A stretch of DNA of 53,169 nucleotides from Rhodospirillaceae bacterium. GTDB lineage: Bacteria > Pseudomonadota > Gammaproteobacteria > Burkholderiales > SG8-41. Under the pieces are notes generated by a model. It was not told where the DNA came from. It did not search any database and saw nothing but the letters and a program-made list of their open reading frames with translations. Below, piece by piece: positions 30,136-40,134 of this stretch (positions are counted from its first letter, which is position 1; each line of letters begins with the position of its first letter). The DNA lies in NCBI GenBank assembly GCA_050260255.1, contig JBLNBW010000208.1, positions 1-53,169 of the forward strand, written 5' to 3'. The position numbers and the translations under genes are program-made.

Positions 30136-32250
30136 TCAACGAGTCGACACCGATGCGTCGGTGAGCTTCTCCGGCAACGGAAAGTTCTTGACCGTCACGA
30201 CCATGCTCATGTACCCGGCCAGCGGACGCTCGTCGTAGTGCACGACGCCGTGCTCGTCGACCCACTTGTACATTTGGCGTCCGGGACCAGCGCTCTCACC
30301 CACGCGAAACACGAGCCCCTTCAGGCTCGCAGCCGGGACCTCCCCGTTCGCCGGTGCCGGCGCTGCGGCCACTGCGCCCGTCTGCTCGGGTTGCTCCGGC
30401 GCTTCGGAGCGGTCCTGGGTGGTCTTCACACCTGCGCTTTCGGTGCGGTGCGTCTTCTCAGGCGAATCCTCCGAACCCATGGCCGGCTTCGGCGCCGCAG
30501 ACAACGATTCGACGGGAGGCTGTGCCGCCTGCAGGGCCGGAGCCGCTGCCGCGACGTCACTCGATGGGTCGATCGGGCGCGACGAGCCGGACACCGCGGC
30601 TTTGGTCGTCGGCGCGGCAGACGCGCCTACCGTCACTGCCTTTGTCGGCTGCGGCGGTTCTGAAGCGCGCGTCACCGTCGCGGCCGCCGCCTTGGGCGTT
30701 GCGTCGCCGCTCTTGAGCGGTTCGCCGCTGGTCGGCAGATCGCCGTTCTCCCAGCCGGCGAGCGCTTTCGAAACGATGTCCTTCAGCTGCGCGAGGCTCA
30801 GGTCCTGAACACTGTCGAATTCCGGCTCCACACCCAACGTTGCCTGCAGCCGGCTTGCGGCGGCATGCGCCTGCGACAGCGCCTGATAACGGCGCAGGAG
30901 GCTCAGGATGGCCGTCGTACGATTGGCCACGGTCTCGAGCTTGCTCTGCACCTGCGCCTGCTCGCGCTTGGCCATGATCTCCACGATGCGCTGATCGACG
31001 TCGGCGACGTCCTGCGCCCGCTCGTACTGGTTGAGCGCGTTGGCATATTGCAGGCGTGCGATGTGCACCTGCGCCAATATCGCCATCTGCATCGCCATGC
31101 GCCGCTGATCGGCGAGGGCGACCCCTGCGTCCGCAAGACGCTTCTGCGAGGGGCCGGACAGCAGGTTGAACAGGTTGAACGAGATGGATGCGCCCGCCTC
31201 GTTCCAGTGTCGGTTCACGAGAAAATTATCGGTATCGTATTTCGTGTTGTAATTGAACGACACGCCGGGAAAGAGCCGCAGGATCACCTTGCGCGTCTCG
31301 TCGCCCGCTATGCGTGCATTATAGAAATGCTCTCGCAGCTCGGCGTTCCGCCCCACCGCGATCTCTTCCAGCTTTTCAACCGGCACATCGAGCATCTTCC
31401 GGCTGACCGTTTCCGTCGGCTCGGCGACTTCCAGGTTGAAGGCGAGCGGAACGTTCATGAGGTGCGCGAGCTCGAGCCGGGCGGTCGTCAGCTCCTGATT
31501 GGTGGATTCGAGCAGACGCAGGTTCTCCAGCACCTGCCGCTGGTAGCGCAGGCTTTCCACCGGCGATCGCACCCGCTCCGCTTCCGCCTTGCGCGCATCC
31601 TTGAGCGCGTCTTCGGCGAGCACGATCGCATCCTGCACCTGCTTCTGCAGTTTCTGCGCGCTTGCCGTGCGCCAGAACGCCGTGCGCACGTCCTGAATGA
31701 GCACGTGCATCGCCTTGCGCCGCCGTTCCAGCGCTATCAGCACGCGGTTGGCGTTCTGCTTCGCCCCGTAATAGCTTGCGCCGAAATCCAGCAGGTTCCA
31801 CGTGAGCCCCATGTCGTACAACACATGGGACCGCTCGGTGGAGATGAACGGATTGCTGAGCGCCGGCTGGCCGGTAACCGAGTCCCTGCTGCGGGTGATG
31901 AGCTCCTTGTCGCGCCACCGGTAGCCCGCTTGAGCGAGCAGGCGGGGCAGCATGTCGTACTGGCTGACATCGAGCTGGTTCAGCGCGATAGCCTCTTCCA
32001 TCATGCGGCTGCGGCGCTCGAGGTTGTATTTGAGCGCACGCGCGATGGCTTCCTCCAGCGTGATCTTGCCTTTAACGGGCTCTATCTCGGACTGGGCCTT
32101 CGCGCGGTCGGCAGTCGCAGTGGCGCGCAGCTCGTCATGGGTGACAGGAAGAGGCTGAATTCCTGAGCAGCCGGCGATGAATAGAGTCGCAGTAACCAGC
32201 GCTATCGCTTTTACGGGCGCGCTTGCGCGCCCCCTTCGGCTGCAGTGCAT
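30136..32250 (-). CDS. TolC-family outer membrane lipoprotein with Ala/Pro linker and C-terminal DUF4124-like domain
   Basis: Lipobox IAGC, ITLEEAIARALKYN, LTWNLLDFG, helical OEP repeats; tail MYKWVDEHGVVHYDERP. Confidence 0.87.
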   Translation of the reverse strand: MHCSRRGRASAPVKAIALVTATLFIAGCSGIQPLPVTHDELRATATADRAKAQSEIEPVKGKITLEEAIARALKYNLERRSRMMEEAIALNQLDVSQYDMLPRLLAQAGYRWRDKELITRSRDSVTGQPALSNPFISTERSHVLYDMGLTWNLLDFGASYYGAKQNANRVLIALERRRKAMHVLIQDVRTAFWRTASAQKLQKQVQDAIVLAEDALKDARKAEAERVRSPVESLRYQRQVLENLRLLESTNQELTTARLELAHLMNVPLAFNLEVAEPTETVSRKMLDVPVEKLEEIAVGRNAELREHFYNARIAGDETRKVILRLFPGVSFNYNTKYDTDNFLVNRHWNEAGASISFNLFNLLSGPSQKRLADAGVALADQRRMAMQMAILAQVHIARLQYANALNQYERAQDVADVDQRIVEIMAKREQAQVQSKLETVANRTTAILSLLRRYQALSQAHAAASRLQATLGVEPEFDSVQDLSLAQLKDIVSKALAGWENGDLPTSGEPLKSGDATPKAAAATVTRASEPPQPTKAVTVGASAAPTTKAAVSGSSRPIDPSSDVAAAAPALQAAQPPVESLSAAPKPAMGSEDSPEKTHRTESAGVKTTQDRSEAPEQPEQTGAVAAAPAPANGEVPAASLKGLVFRVGESAGPGRQMYKWVDEHGVVHYDERPLAGYMSMVVTVKNFPLPEKLTDASVSTR

Positions 32251-32501
32251 CGTCGAGTGCCCCCTGTGTATTTCTGTCTAATGCCCGCATTCCACTGTAA
32301 GCGCGGATTGCGGTTCATATGCCCCTTCTCCCCCACGCATCGGTTATCGTCTGGTTGGTTGCCGATGCGCCGCCATGGTCTGCGAGCTGCGCCGTTCTTT
32401 TCTCATCATTGTCGTCAGCTTCCGCGCGCATCTTCATGGCTGGCTGCGATATTTTCGATGTTCGACGCGCGAATCGCACGAGACAGGACTCCCATCGCAG
32501 A

Positions 32502-32517
32502 TAGGACAGAAGTCCTA
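32502..32517. promoter_or_regulatory. Perfect palindrome TAGGAC-N4-GTCCTA, candidate NarL/LuxR-type operator upstream of tolC
   Basis: Seen directly; flanked by half-site copies CAGGAC (32484) and GTCCTA (32546-32551). Confidence 0.55.
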
Positions 32518-32585
32518 CGCCGCACGACCCGGGCGCATGATGTCTGTCCTAAGCGAACAGATCGCCGAGCGGCGGCGCAGCGAAA

Positions 32586-33287
32586 TTACTTGTGAGCCGA
32601 GGCGGGATGTCTCGTCAGCCGATGCTTGTTCGCGAACACGAACAGATCGAGCCGGTTGGAGAGGCCGAGCTTCTCGTAGATGGACGTCAGGTGATTGCGC
32701 AGCGTGCGGTCGCTGATATCGAGCGAGCCCGCGATCTTCTTGATGGTTGCGCCTGCGTGGCCTGCAATCGCAGCGACGACTTCGGTCTCGCGCGCGGTAA
32801 GCAGCGCGATTTTTTTTCGCTCGGGATCCTCGGAGCGCCTTTCGCCGAGCCGTACGAGGCCGAGAAGGCGGCTGGTGCTCACGCGATCGAGCCAAATCTC
32901 GCCTTCATGCACCTTCACGATGGCTTTGACGAGATCCTGCGGCTCGTCGTCATTGCCTATGACACCGCTTGCACCGGCAAGCATAACGGCGTCCAGGAGC
33001 GCCCGATCGGCGCCTCGCGCAAACGCGAGCACCCGCGTGCGCGATCTTTCTGCCAAGCCGGATATGAGATCGAGCCCCTCGAGCGCACCGAATGCGACAT
33101 CCACCAAGGCCACGTCCGGCTTCTTTGCCGCGGCCAGGCGCGCGGCCTCGCCGTTGCTGGTCGCTTTGCCGACCGTCTCGATGCGCGGCCCGGCCGTTTC
33201 CAGCAGCCGTTCCAGGCCCCACAAGACGATGCGGTGATCGTTGACGAGCAGTACGCGTATGGGCTTGCGCCCGGCATGCGTCGTCAT
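32586..33287 (-). CDS. NarL/LuxR-family response regulator (atypical receiver)
   Basis: REC-like IRVLLVNDH...DVALVD plus LuxR HTH (LTARETEV...TLRNHLTSIYEKLG). Confidence 0.9.
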   Translation of the reverse strand: MTTHAGRKPIRVLLVNDHRIVLWGLERLLETAGPRIETVGKATSNGEAARLAAAKKPDVALVDVAFGALEGLDLISGLAERSRTRVLAFARGADRALLDAVMLAGASGVIGNDDEPQDLVKAIVKVHEGEIWLDRVSTSRLLGLVRLGERRSEDPERKKIALLTARETEVVAAIAGHAGATIKKIAGSLDISDRTLRNHLTSIYEKLGLSNRLDLFVFANKHRLTRHPASAHK

Positions 33288-33654
33288 AGGCTTCCCCGTG
33301 CAAACATCTTCCCTTGCCCTTCTGCCGGCTGTTCCCGCGGCCCGGCTCTTTTTTTGTCATGCGGCTCGCAGCGCGTTGCCATCTACGCCGAGATACCCGG
33401 CCATCGTTCTTCAGTGCTCAGTGGCCGCAAAACGATATCACTGCATCTGCACGGCTCGGTAGGAAATGCTGCTTTTTTTGCGCCCGAAACTGTTGTCGGC
33501 GGGTGCAGATGCGTCTGGCACATGCCGGAGTCTCCGCCCCGCGCATGGTGTCCCGGATTATATGCCGCGCACGGCAGCTGAGGAGACGGAAGGCCACTAT
33601 GCGGGCCAGTTGCGATAAACCACGGCAACGCCGCAATCGAGAGGAGGATCGCAG

Positions 33655-34278
33655 CTACTTCTGATGCAGCCGACTTTGCGCCGGCACGTGCTGCGCGAGA
33701 AACTCCATTTGGTCGGCCAGGATGCGCCGATTGGTGAGTATCAGGTACTCGGCGCGATTCGGCACGTACGGCAGATAGACGAGCTCCATCCCCGCGCCTT
33801 CCGGCGTGCGATCGCTCTTGCGCTCGTTGCACGAGCGGCAGGCGGTCACTACGTTCATCCAGCTGTCGCGCCCGCCGCGCGAGAACGGAACGATGTGATC
33901 GCGCGTGAGCTTGGATATCGGAAACATGCCTGCGCAGTAGGCGCAGATCTGGCGGTCGCGATGGAAGAGCTCGCGGTTGTTGAGCGGCGGCACCTGGTGG
34001 AAGGACTTCATCGCCATCGCCTTGCCCTTGATGGCGATGATGCTGCTCGCGGTGATCTCAGAGCGGGTGCCGGTAATCCTGTTCAGGCCGCCGTACACCG
34101 TGAAGGCGTTCTCGCCGAGGCTCCATGCGACCTGATTTTTCGCGTAGTAGTAGCAGGCGTGCTGCCAGGTGATCCAGCGATGCGGCACGCCATGGGTATC
34201 GAGCGTGAGTATCAGAGGGAAGGCCGCCTGCATCGGCTCTTCGGTACCCTGATGTAGCTGCTGCACCTTGGCGTCCAT
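33655..34278 (-). CDS. HNH endonuclease family protein
   Basis: RDRQICAYC...TRDHIVP.SRGG..SWMNVVTACRSCNERK; start uncertain (34302/34278/34233). Confidence 0.9.
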   Translation of the reverse strand: MDAKVQQLHQGTEEPMQAAFPLILTLDTHGVPHRWITWQHACYYYAKNQVAWSLGENAFTVYGGLNRITGTRSEITASSIIAIKGKAMAMKSFHQVPPLNNRELFHRDRQICAYCAGMFPISKLTRDHIVPFSRGGRDSWMNVVTACRSCNERKSDRTPEGAGMELVYLPYVPNRAEYLILTNRRILADQMEFLAQHVPAQSRLHQK

Positions 34279-34493
34279 GGCTATGTTCGACTCGTGTCGC
34301 ACAATTTACCACACGTTGCTGAATTATAGACCGTTTCTGCCTCCGTGGTAGCCGCTATGGGCACGGCGCGGTATAATATGCGGCCGTGATCCTAATTCAA
34401 TCCCTCCATCCCGCAACGTCCGGTTGCGACCGCTTGTGATCCGCTCACGACAAGCCTACCGGGCGCGCTGCCCGCGCCACCGGCGCCTTTGTT

Positions 34494-35903
34494 ATGTCCT
34501 TCTCTGATCTCAACCTCATCCCCGAGTTGCTGCGGGCGGTAGCCGACGAAGGCTATCAGGACCCCACACCCATACAGGCAAAGGCGATACCGGCCATACT
34601 CGCCCGTCGCGACATCATGGGCTGCGCCCAGACGGGTACCGGGAAAACCGCAGGATTCACCCTCCCGCTGCTGCAATTGCTCGCGCCGCAGGCGAACACC
34701 AGCCTCTCGCCCGCGCGTCACCCGACCCGCGCGCTGATTCTGGTTCCGACGCGCGAGCTCGCCGCTCAGGTCCATGACAGCGTCAAGGCGTACGGCCGGC
34801 ACCTGCCGCTCCGCTCCACCGTCGTCTACGGCGGCGTCGACATGAGCCCACAGCTCAAGTCGCTGCATGCGGGTGTGGAAATACTGGTTGCCACGCCGGG
34901 CCGGCTGCTCGACCACGCACAGCAGAAGAGCGTGAACCTCTCGCGCGTCGAAATCCTGGTGCTCGACGAAGCGGACCGCATGCTGGACATGGGCTTTTTG
35001 CCGGACATCAAGCGCATCCTCGCGCTGCTGCCGCCGCAGCGGCAGAATCTGCTCTTCTCCGCGACGTTCTCGGAGGAGATCAAACGGCTTGCGAACCAGC
35101 TGTTGCGCAATCCGCTCATGATCGAAGTGGCACGGCGCAATGCGCCCGCCGATCTCGTGAAGCATCAGGTGTTCGAAGTGCCCGCGCTGCGCAAGCGAGC
35201 CCTCCTCGCCCACCTCATCCGCTCGCGCGACATGAAACAGGTGCTGGTCTTCGTACGGATGAAGCGCGACGCGAATCGGCTGGCGCGCGAGCTGGTACGC
35301 GACGGCATCGCCGCAACCGCGATACACAGCGATCGCACGCAGGCGGAGCGCGAACAGGCGCTGCAGGAATTCAAGGAAGGCAAGGCGACCGTGCTCGTCG
35401 CGACCGACATCGCAGCGCGCGGCATCGACATCGAGCAGTTGCCTTACGTGGTGAACTACGAGCTGCCGTATACGCCGGAAGACTACGTGCATCGCATAGG
35501 CCGCACGGGCCGCGCCGGCATGCCGGGCGAGGCGATTTCGCTCATGTGCCCGGACGAGACGCGGCTGCTCGCGGAGATCGAAAAGCTGCTCAAGCGCGAA
35601 ATCCCGCGCGAGCCGGCGGAAGACTATGCCCGCGTGCTGCACCGGGAAGATGAAGGCGACTACCGGCGTCGCGACCACGCGCCAACGGCGGGTCGCGAGC
35701 GGCGCGGCGGCCGGACCAGCGCACCGCAGACAACGGTCGATGCGACGGGCTTCGATTTCTCCAAGCCGTACGAGCCGGCGACGACCGCGAGCGCACCTCG
35801 CACATCGTCCCCGCCATGGCGTCCGCGCAGCCCGGCGGCACGCCCCGTCGCCGCTTTGCTGGGCGGCTTCGCATCGCGCGACAAAGACAAGAAAGAAACG
35901 TAG
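34494..35903 (+). CDS. rhlE: DEAD-box RNA helicase RhlE
   Basis: Q motif [41 protein letters not shown]; TATAAT at 34372-34377. Confidence 0.9.
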   Translation: MSFSDLNLIPELLRAVADEGYQDPTPIQAKAIPAILARRDIMGCAQTGTGKTAGFTLPLLQLLAPQANTSLSPARHPTRALILVPTRELAAQVHDSVKAYGRHLPLRSTVVYGGVDMSPQLKSLHAGVEILVATPGRLLDHAQQKSVNLSRVEILVLDEADRMLDMGFLPDIKRILALLPPQRQNLLFSATFSEEIKRLANQLLRNPLMIEVARRNAPADLVKHQVFEVPALRKRALLAHLIRSRDMKQVLVFVRMKRDANRLARELVRDGIAATAIHSDRTQAEREQALQEFKEGKATVLVATDIAARGIDIEQLPYVVNYELPYTPEDYVHRIGRTGRAGMPGEAISLMCPDETRLLAEIEKLLKREIPREPAEDYARVLHREDEGDYRRRDHAPTAGRERRGGRTSAPQTTVDATGFDFSKPYEPATTASAPRTSSPPWRPRSPAARPVAALLGGFASRDKDKKET

Positions 35904-35969
35904 CAGCGGCGCACGCCGCTGATCCCATAAGTTGCCCGCCGCGCCCGCTCGCGGCCCATTCGACGCTGC

Positions 35970-36710
35970 ATGGAAGCGCTAAGTTTTCCGGAACTGCTGT
36001 TCTTCGCGTTCGTCATCATCGTCTCGTACTCGATACGCGGCGGCAGCGGCTTCGGCGGCGTCACCGTTCCGCTGCTTGCGCTCATCATGCCGGTCAAAAT
36101 ACTCGTGCCGGTCGTAACGGTACTGGGACTCTTCTCCTCCTGGAGCATCGTTGCGCGCGAACGTCGTCACGTCGCGTGGTCTCCGATGAAGCGCATCGCG
36201 CCGTGGGCGCTCGGGGGCGCACTGGCCGGGCTTTATCTCTTCAGCGCCCTCGATTCCGGCGCCATCGCGCGCGGCTTGGGAGTGCTCGTCATCCTCTATG
36301 GCTTGTATTCCTTCTGGACGACGTATCGGGTCGCCGGGGACATCCGGGCGCCCATGGCCGTGGTAACGCCGATGGCGGGGACGGTCGCCGGGTTCGTCGG
36401 CACCCTGTTCGGCTCGATGGCGGGCATGTTCTTCGCCATCTATCTCGATCTTCAGCGTATCGCGAAAGACGAATTCCGCGCCACAGCTGCAGCGATACTC
36501 TTCGGTCTCGGCGTCGTGCGCTGCATCGGTTATGCAGCGGTCGGTGCGTTCGATCGCGACGCATTGCTGGCATGCGCCGCGGCACTGCCGCTCATGGCGA
36601 TTGGCGTGTACATCGGGAACCACCTGCACGCAAACCTCAATCCGCTGCAGTTCCGCCGCTTCGTCGCACTGGTCCTGCTCGCGAGCGGCGTGCCGCTGCT
36701 GCTGCGCTGA
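35970..36710 (+). CDS. Sulfite exporter TauE/SafE family membrane protein
   Basis: About 8 TM segments, GGSGFGG and AGFVGTLFG repeats. Confidence 0.82.
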   Translation: MEALSFPELLFFAFVIIVSYSIRGGSGFGGVTVPLLALIMPVKILVPVVTVLGLFSSWSIVARERRHVAWSPMKRIAPWALGGALAGLYLFSALDSGAIARGLGVLVILYGLYSFWTTYRVAGDIRAPMAVVTPMAGTVAGFVGTLFGSMAGMFFAIYLDLQRIAKDEFRATAAAILFGLGVVRCIGYAAVGAFDRDALLACAAALPLMAIGVYIGNHLHANLNPLQFRRFVALVLLASGVPLLLR

Positions 36711-36782
36711 TCGCGCACGCCGCGCGGGACGTTCTTGGCGTGACGCCGCTCGGCGGTTAATCTTCGCTTTTCCACGAATCGA

Positions 36783-38363
36783 ATGCCCGCCATGACGTCA
36801 GTTACACCCACCCACCTCAAAGCAATGCTCCACGACGGCTCCGAGCTCGCGCTGCTCGATGTGCGCGAGGCCGGCGAATTCGGGGAGTCTCACCTGCTGT
36901 TCGCCACCCCGCTGCCGTACAGCCGCCTCGAGCTCGACATCGGCACACTGGTGCCGCGAAAGAGCGCGCCGATTGTGCTGTGTGACGACGGAAAATCGGG
37001 TGTCGCGCAGAGCGCCGCGAGGCGACTCACCGGCATGGGATACACGCACGTCGCCATACTCCAGGGCGGCACGGCTGGTTGGGCAGCGGCCGGCTATAAC
37101 TTGTTCGCGGGCGTCAACGTTCCGAGCAAGACGTTCGGCGAGCTGGTCGAGCATGCGTATCACACGCCGCGCATCACAGCCCAGCAGCTCGTCAGCATGA
37201 AAAATGCGGGCGACGATTTCGTGATCCTGGACGGCCGCCCCTTTTCCGAATACCAGAAGATGAATATTCCGGGCGGCATCTGCTGTCCGAATGCCGAGCT
37301 GCCGTACCGCGCTGCGACGCTCGTCAGAAATCCGGAGACCAAGATCATCGTCAACTGCGCCGGCCGCACGCGCTCCATCATCGGCGCGCAGACGCTGATC
37401 AACTTCGGCGTGAAGAATCCGGTGTACGCGCTGGAGAACGGAACACAAGGCTGGTATCTCGCCGACCTTAAGCTCGAGCATGGCGCCTCCCGCAAATATC
37501 CCGAGGACATCGATCCGGCCACGCTGCCGGGACTCCGTGACTCGGCGCGGGCGCTGATGGAGCGCCATGGTATCGAGACCATATCCGCCGCGCTGGCGCA
37601 GCAATGGCTCGACGATCCGTCACGCTCCACTTATCTGCTCGATGTGCGCACGCCCGAGGAATATGCCTCGGGATCCCTGCCGGGCGCGGTCCATGCGCCG
37701 GGCGGTCAGTTGATCCAGGCGACCGATCAGTGGGTCGGCGTGCGCAACGCGCGCATCATTCTCGTCGACAGCGAGCGCGTGCGCGCGCCGGTCGTCGCAA
37801 GCTGGCTTAAGCAGCTCGGCTGCCACGTCTACGTGCTGGATGGCGGCGTCGCGGCGCCCGTGCGCGGCATTCCGGCGGCGCAGCCGCTATTGCCCGATGT
37901 TCCCACGATCTCTGCCGCGCAACTCAACGAGGCGCTTGGCTCGGGGCTCGTTTCCGTCTTCGATCTGGGACCCAGCATGAGCTTCCGCAAGGCTCACATT
38001 CCGGGCAGCCACTGGAGCATACGCCCCCGCCTCGTCCACGATGCGCGTCGTGCAGACGGTCGCGTGGTCATCGTGGCGGATGACGTCGGCATGGCACGGG
38101 TCGCTGCGGTCGACCTGCTGGAAGCGGGAATCACGCACGTCGAGCGCCTCGATGGCGGACTTCCGGCATGGACCGCAGCCGGCTTCCCGACTGCGGCATC
38201 GCCCGACGTGCCGCCTGATGGCGATTGCATCGATTACCTCTTCTTCGTGCACGACCGGCACGCCGGGAACAAGGCCGCGATGCGTCAGTATCTCGCGTGG
38301 GAAACCGGCCTCATGGCACAGCTCGATCCGCAGGATTTGTCCGCCTTCAAGGTCGGCGTCTAA
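36783..38363 (+). CDS. Four-domain rhodanese-related sulfurtransferase
   Basis: LLDVRE, ILDGRP, LLDVRT and VFDL domain starts; CAGRTRS active loop; LQGG/LENG/LDGG motifs. Confidence 0.9.
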   Translation: MPAMTSVTPTHLKAMLHDGSELALLDVREAGEFGESHLLFATPLPYSRLELDIGTLVPRKSAPIVLCDDGKSGVAQSAARRLTGMGYTHVAILQGGTAGWAAAGYNLFAGVNVPSKTFGELVEHAYHTPRITAQQLVSMKNAGDDFVILDGRPFSEYQKMNIPGGICCPNAELPYRAATLVRNPETKIIVNCAGRTRSIIGAQTLINFGVKNPVYALENGTQGWYLADLKLEHGASRKYPEDIDPATLPGLRDSARALMERHGIETISAALAQQWLDDPSRSTYLLDVRTPEEYASGSLPGAVHAPGGQLIQATDQWVGVRNARIILVDSERVRAPVVASWLKQLGCHVYVLDGGVAAPVRGIPAAQPLLPDVPTISAAQLNEALGSGLVSVFDLGPSMSFRKAHIPGSHWSIRPRLVHDARRADGRVVIVADDVGMARVAAVDLLEAGITHVERLDGGLPAWTAAGFPTAASPDVPPDGDCIDYLFFVHDRHAGNKAAMRQYLAWETGLMAQLDPQDLSAFKVGV

Positions 38364-38461
38364 ACCGCACACCGGCCGGCCTTGGGTGCCGGCCGCGTCC
38401 CTCGCTATGCCGTGCGCATAGCTCCCTGTTTCTGCGCACCCAGGGTTATTTATCCGTCATG

Positions 38462-38476
38462 GGTATGTCGCTTGCA
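38462..38476 (+). promoter_or_regulatory. Candidate sigma-54 (-24/-12) promoter for the PEP-CTERM gene
   Basis: GG-TATGTCGCTT-GCA: exact GG-N10-GC spacing with TTGCA. Confidence 0.5.
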
Positions 38477-38605
38477 TAAGGCCGCCGGCATTTATGCCGG
38501 CAGCGCCAGGCATGCGTGCCTCGTGTAAGTGCTGGATCGCATCCTGACGAGCACGTGGGGAGTGTGGGAAATCGACGATGGCATCTATTTTTTGAATGGA
38601 GTTTG

Positions 38606-39307
38606 ATGATGAAGAGGACCTTAAGCAGGGCGGCCGTTGCCGTTGGGCTCGCCGTCGGCGGGTCGGCAGCGCACGCCTCCCTCGTGTTGGTGTCGCCTAT
38701 CGACTTCGGTGGCAGCGGACTCGGCTCGGTGAACACGATACTGACCATACAGGCGGCCGGGAACAATTCGACCGAAACCGGAAGCGTGAGCTGGAATGGA
38801 TCGGCTGACGTGATCTCCGGCGACGCCAAGACCGGCGCATCGCAAACGCAAACACGGTCTCTCAGCGAGCTGGGAATCACGTCCGCGAGCGAGCTGCGCG
38901 TGGTATTCAACGCGAGCGAAGCGACGAGCGATCCCAGCATACAGCTCGACAATCTCGTTCTGAACATTTTCAGTCCGACCGGTACGCTGTTGTTCTCATC
39001 CGGCACGTTCAGCGGGCTGTTTTTCGCCGACACGGAAACCGGCACGGGTAATTCCGGTTTCGTATTCGGCCTCGATGCAGGCCAGGCAGCGGCCGCGCAA
39101 ACCGCAGCGTTCGGCGGCGCGTTCGGCAGCAATCGCGTAGGCTTGAGCGCATCCGCGAGCCTCGTGAGTGACGGTGTCGAGACGTTCTTCGTCGCGAACG
39201 CTCCGGCGGTCCCGGAGCCGGGCACGTGGGCCCTGCTCGCTTCCGGTCTGCTTGCGTTCGGCGGCGTCGCGCGTCGCAAAACAGCAATACCCTCGCAGGA
39301 GGCGTAA
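38606..39307 (+). CDS. PEP-CTERM sorting-domain surface protein
   Basis: Signal peptide (AHA), Ser/Thr/Gly-rich body, VPEPGTWALLASGLLAFGGVARRK; GGAG RBS before ATG 38606. Confidence 0.92.
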   Translation: MMKRTLSRAAVAVGLAVGGSAAHASLVLVSPIDFGGSGLGSVNTILTIQAAGNNSTETGSVSWNGSADVISGDAKTGASQTQTRSLSELGITSASELRVVFNASEATSDPSIQLDNLVLNIFSPTGTLLFSSGTFSGLFFADTETGTGNSGFVFGLDAGQAAAAQTAAFGGAFGSNRVGLSASASLVSDGVETFFVANAPAVPEPGTWALLASGLLAFGGVARRKTAIPSQEA

Positions 39308-39387
39308 GGTCCGCAGTGGGGAGGAGGCGGGGCGGGCTGCCGCGCCGGCACCAGGCAGCGCGGCAGCCCAGCTCTTTGCGCGTGGCG

Positions 39388-39969
39388 CTATTTCGCAGGC
39401 AGCGTCCAGAGATAAATATTGCGGCCACGTCCTTCGCTGCGCAGGTGCACGGTGCGCTGAGGCTTCCAATCGCCCATGTCGTGCCAATGCGAAACGACAC
39501 GCGCGCCAGGCTTGAGCTCGCGCTGCAGCTTGGGTCTTAACTTGAGATTGAGATCAGGGTACAGGAACAGCGCGACGACATCGGCCTCGCCGATATCTGT
39601 CTCGTACAGGTCCTGGTTGAGAAAGAGGATGCGGTCTTCCACACCCGCGCGGCGCGCGTTGTCGCGCGCTTCGGCAATGCGCTTCGGATCGATGTCGACA
39701 CACACGCCATGCACCGCGTACCGCTGCACCGCGGCGATGACGATGCGACCGTCGCCGCACCCCAGATCGTACACGCGTTCCCCCGGCTGTAATGCGGCGA
39801 GATCGAGCATGACCCGCACGGCCTCGGGCTCGCTCGGCTCGTAGCGCACGTCCGGCGGGCGCAATGTCGCCGCCTGCACGGTCAGCGGCACGCCAATGCA
39901 CGCCGCACCGGTCCACGGAGCTGCGATGGCCAGGAACACGAGCCACCGCCACGCGCCGCGTGTCGTCAT
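39388..39969 (-). CDS. Class I SAM-dependent methyltransferase with hydrophobic N-terminus
   Basis: YEPS..AVRVML, VYDLGCGDGRIV, LKPGARVVSH; start MTTRG inferred. Confidence 0.85.
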   Translation of the reverse strand: MTTRGAWRWLVFLAIAAPWTGAACIGVPLTVQAATLRPPDVRYEPSEPEAVRVMLDLAALQPGERVYDLGCGDGRIVIAAVQRYAVHGVCVDIDPKRIAEARDNARRAGVEDRILFLNQDLYETDIGEADVVALFLYPDLNLKLRPKLQRELKPGARVVSHWHDMGDWKPQRTVHLRSEGRGRNIYLWTLPAK

Positions 39970-40134
39970 GCCCGTCTCGCGCTTGAGTGACGCGCCGACA
40001 CACGGCGGAAGGCGCACGGCCCGAATTTTGTTTGCCATAATTTCCATGTCCAGTCACGCTTACACTATGGAACGATCTACGCCTGCCATGAATCCATACC
40101 TCACCCCTTACTTCTTCACCGATGGAATGCAAGC

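Noticed and set aside
32211-32318. 35-codon - strand ORF overlapping the tolC start, behind a purine-rich stretch
   Set aside because: No motif and out of frame with tolC, which has its own plausible RBS and lipoprotein signal; evidence is insufficient.
17400-33650. Export locus as a recently integrated genomic island
   Set aside because: No integrase, tRNA or flanking direct repeat was seen; mobility cannot be supported from this window.
33655-34302. HNH gene as a defence system or homing element
   Set aside because: Stand-alone, with no methylase, intron, repeat or integrase nearby; composition looks like the host.
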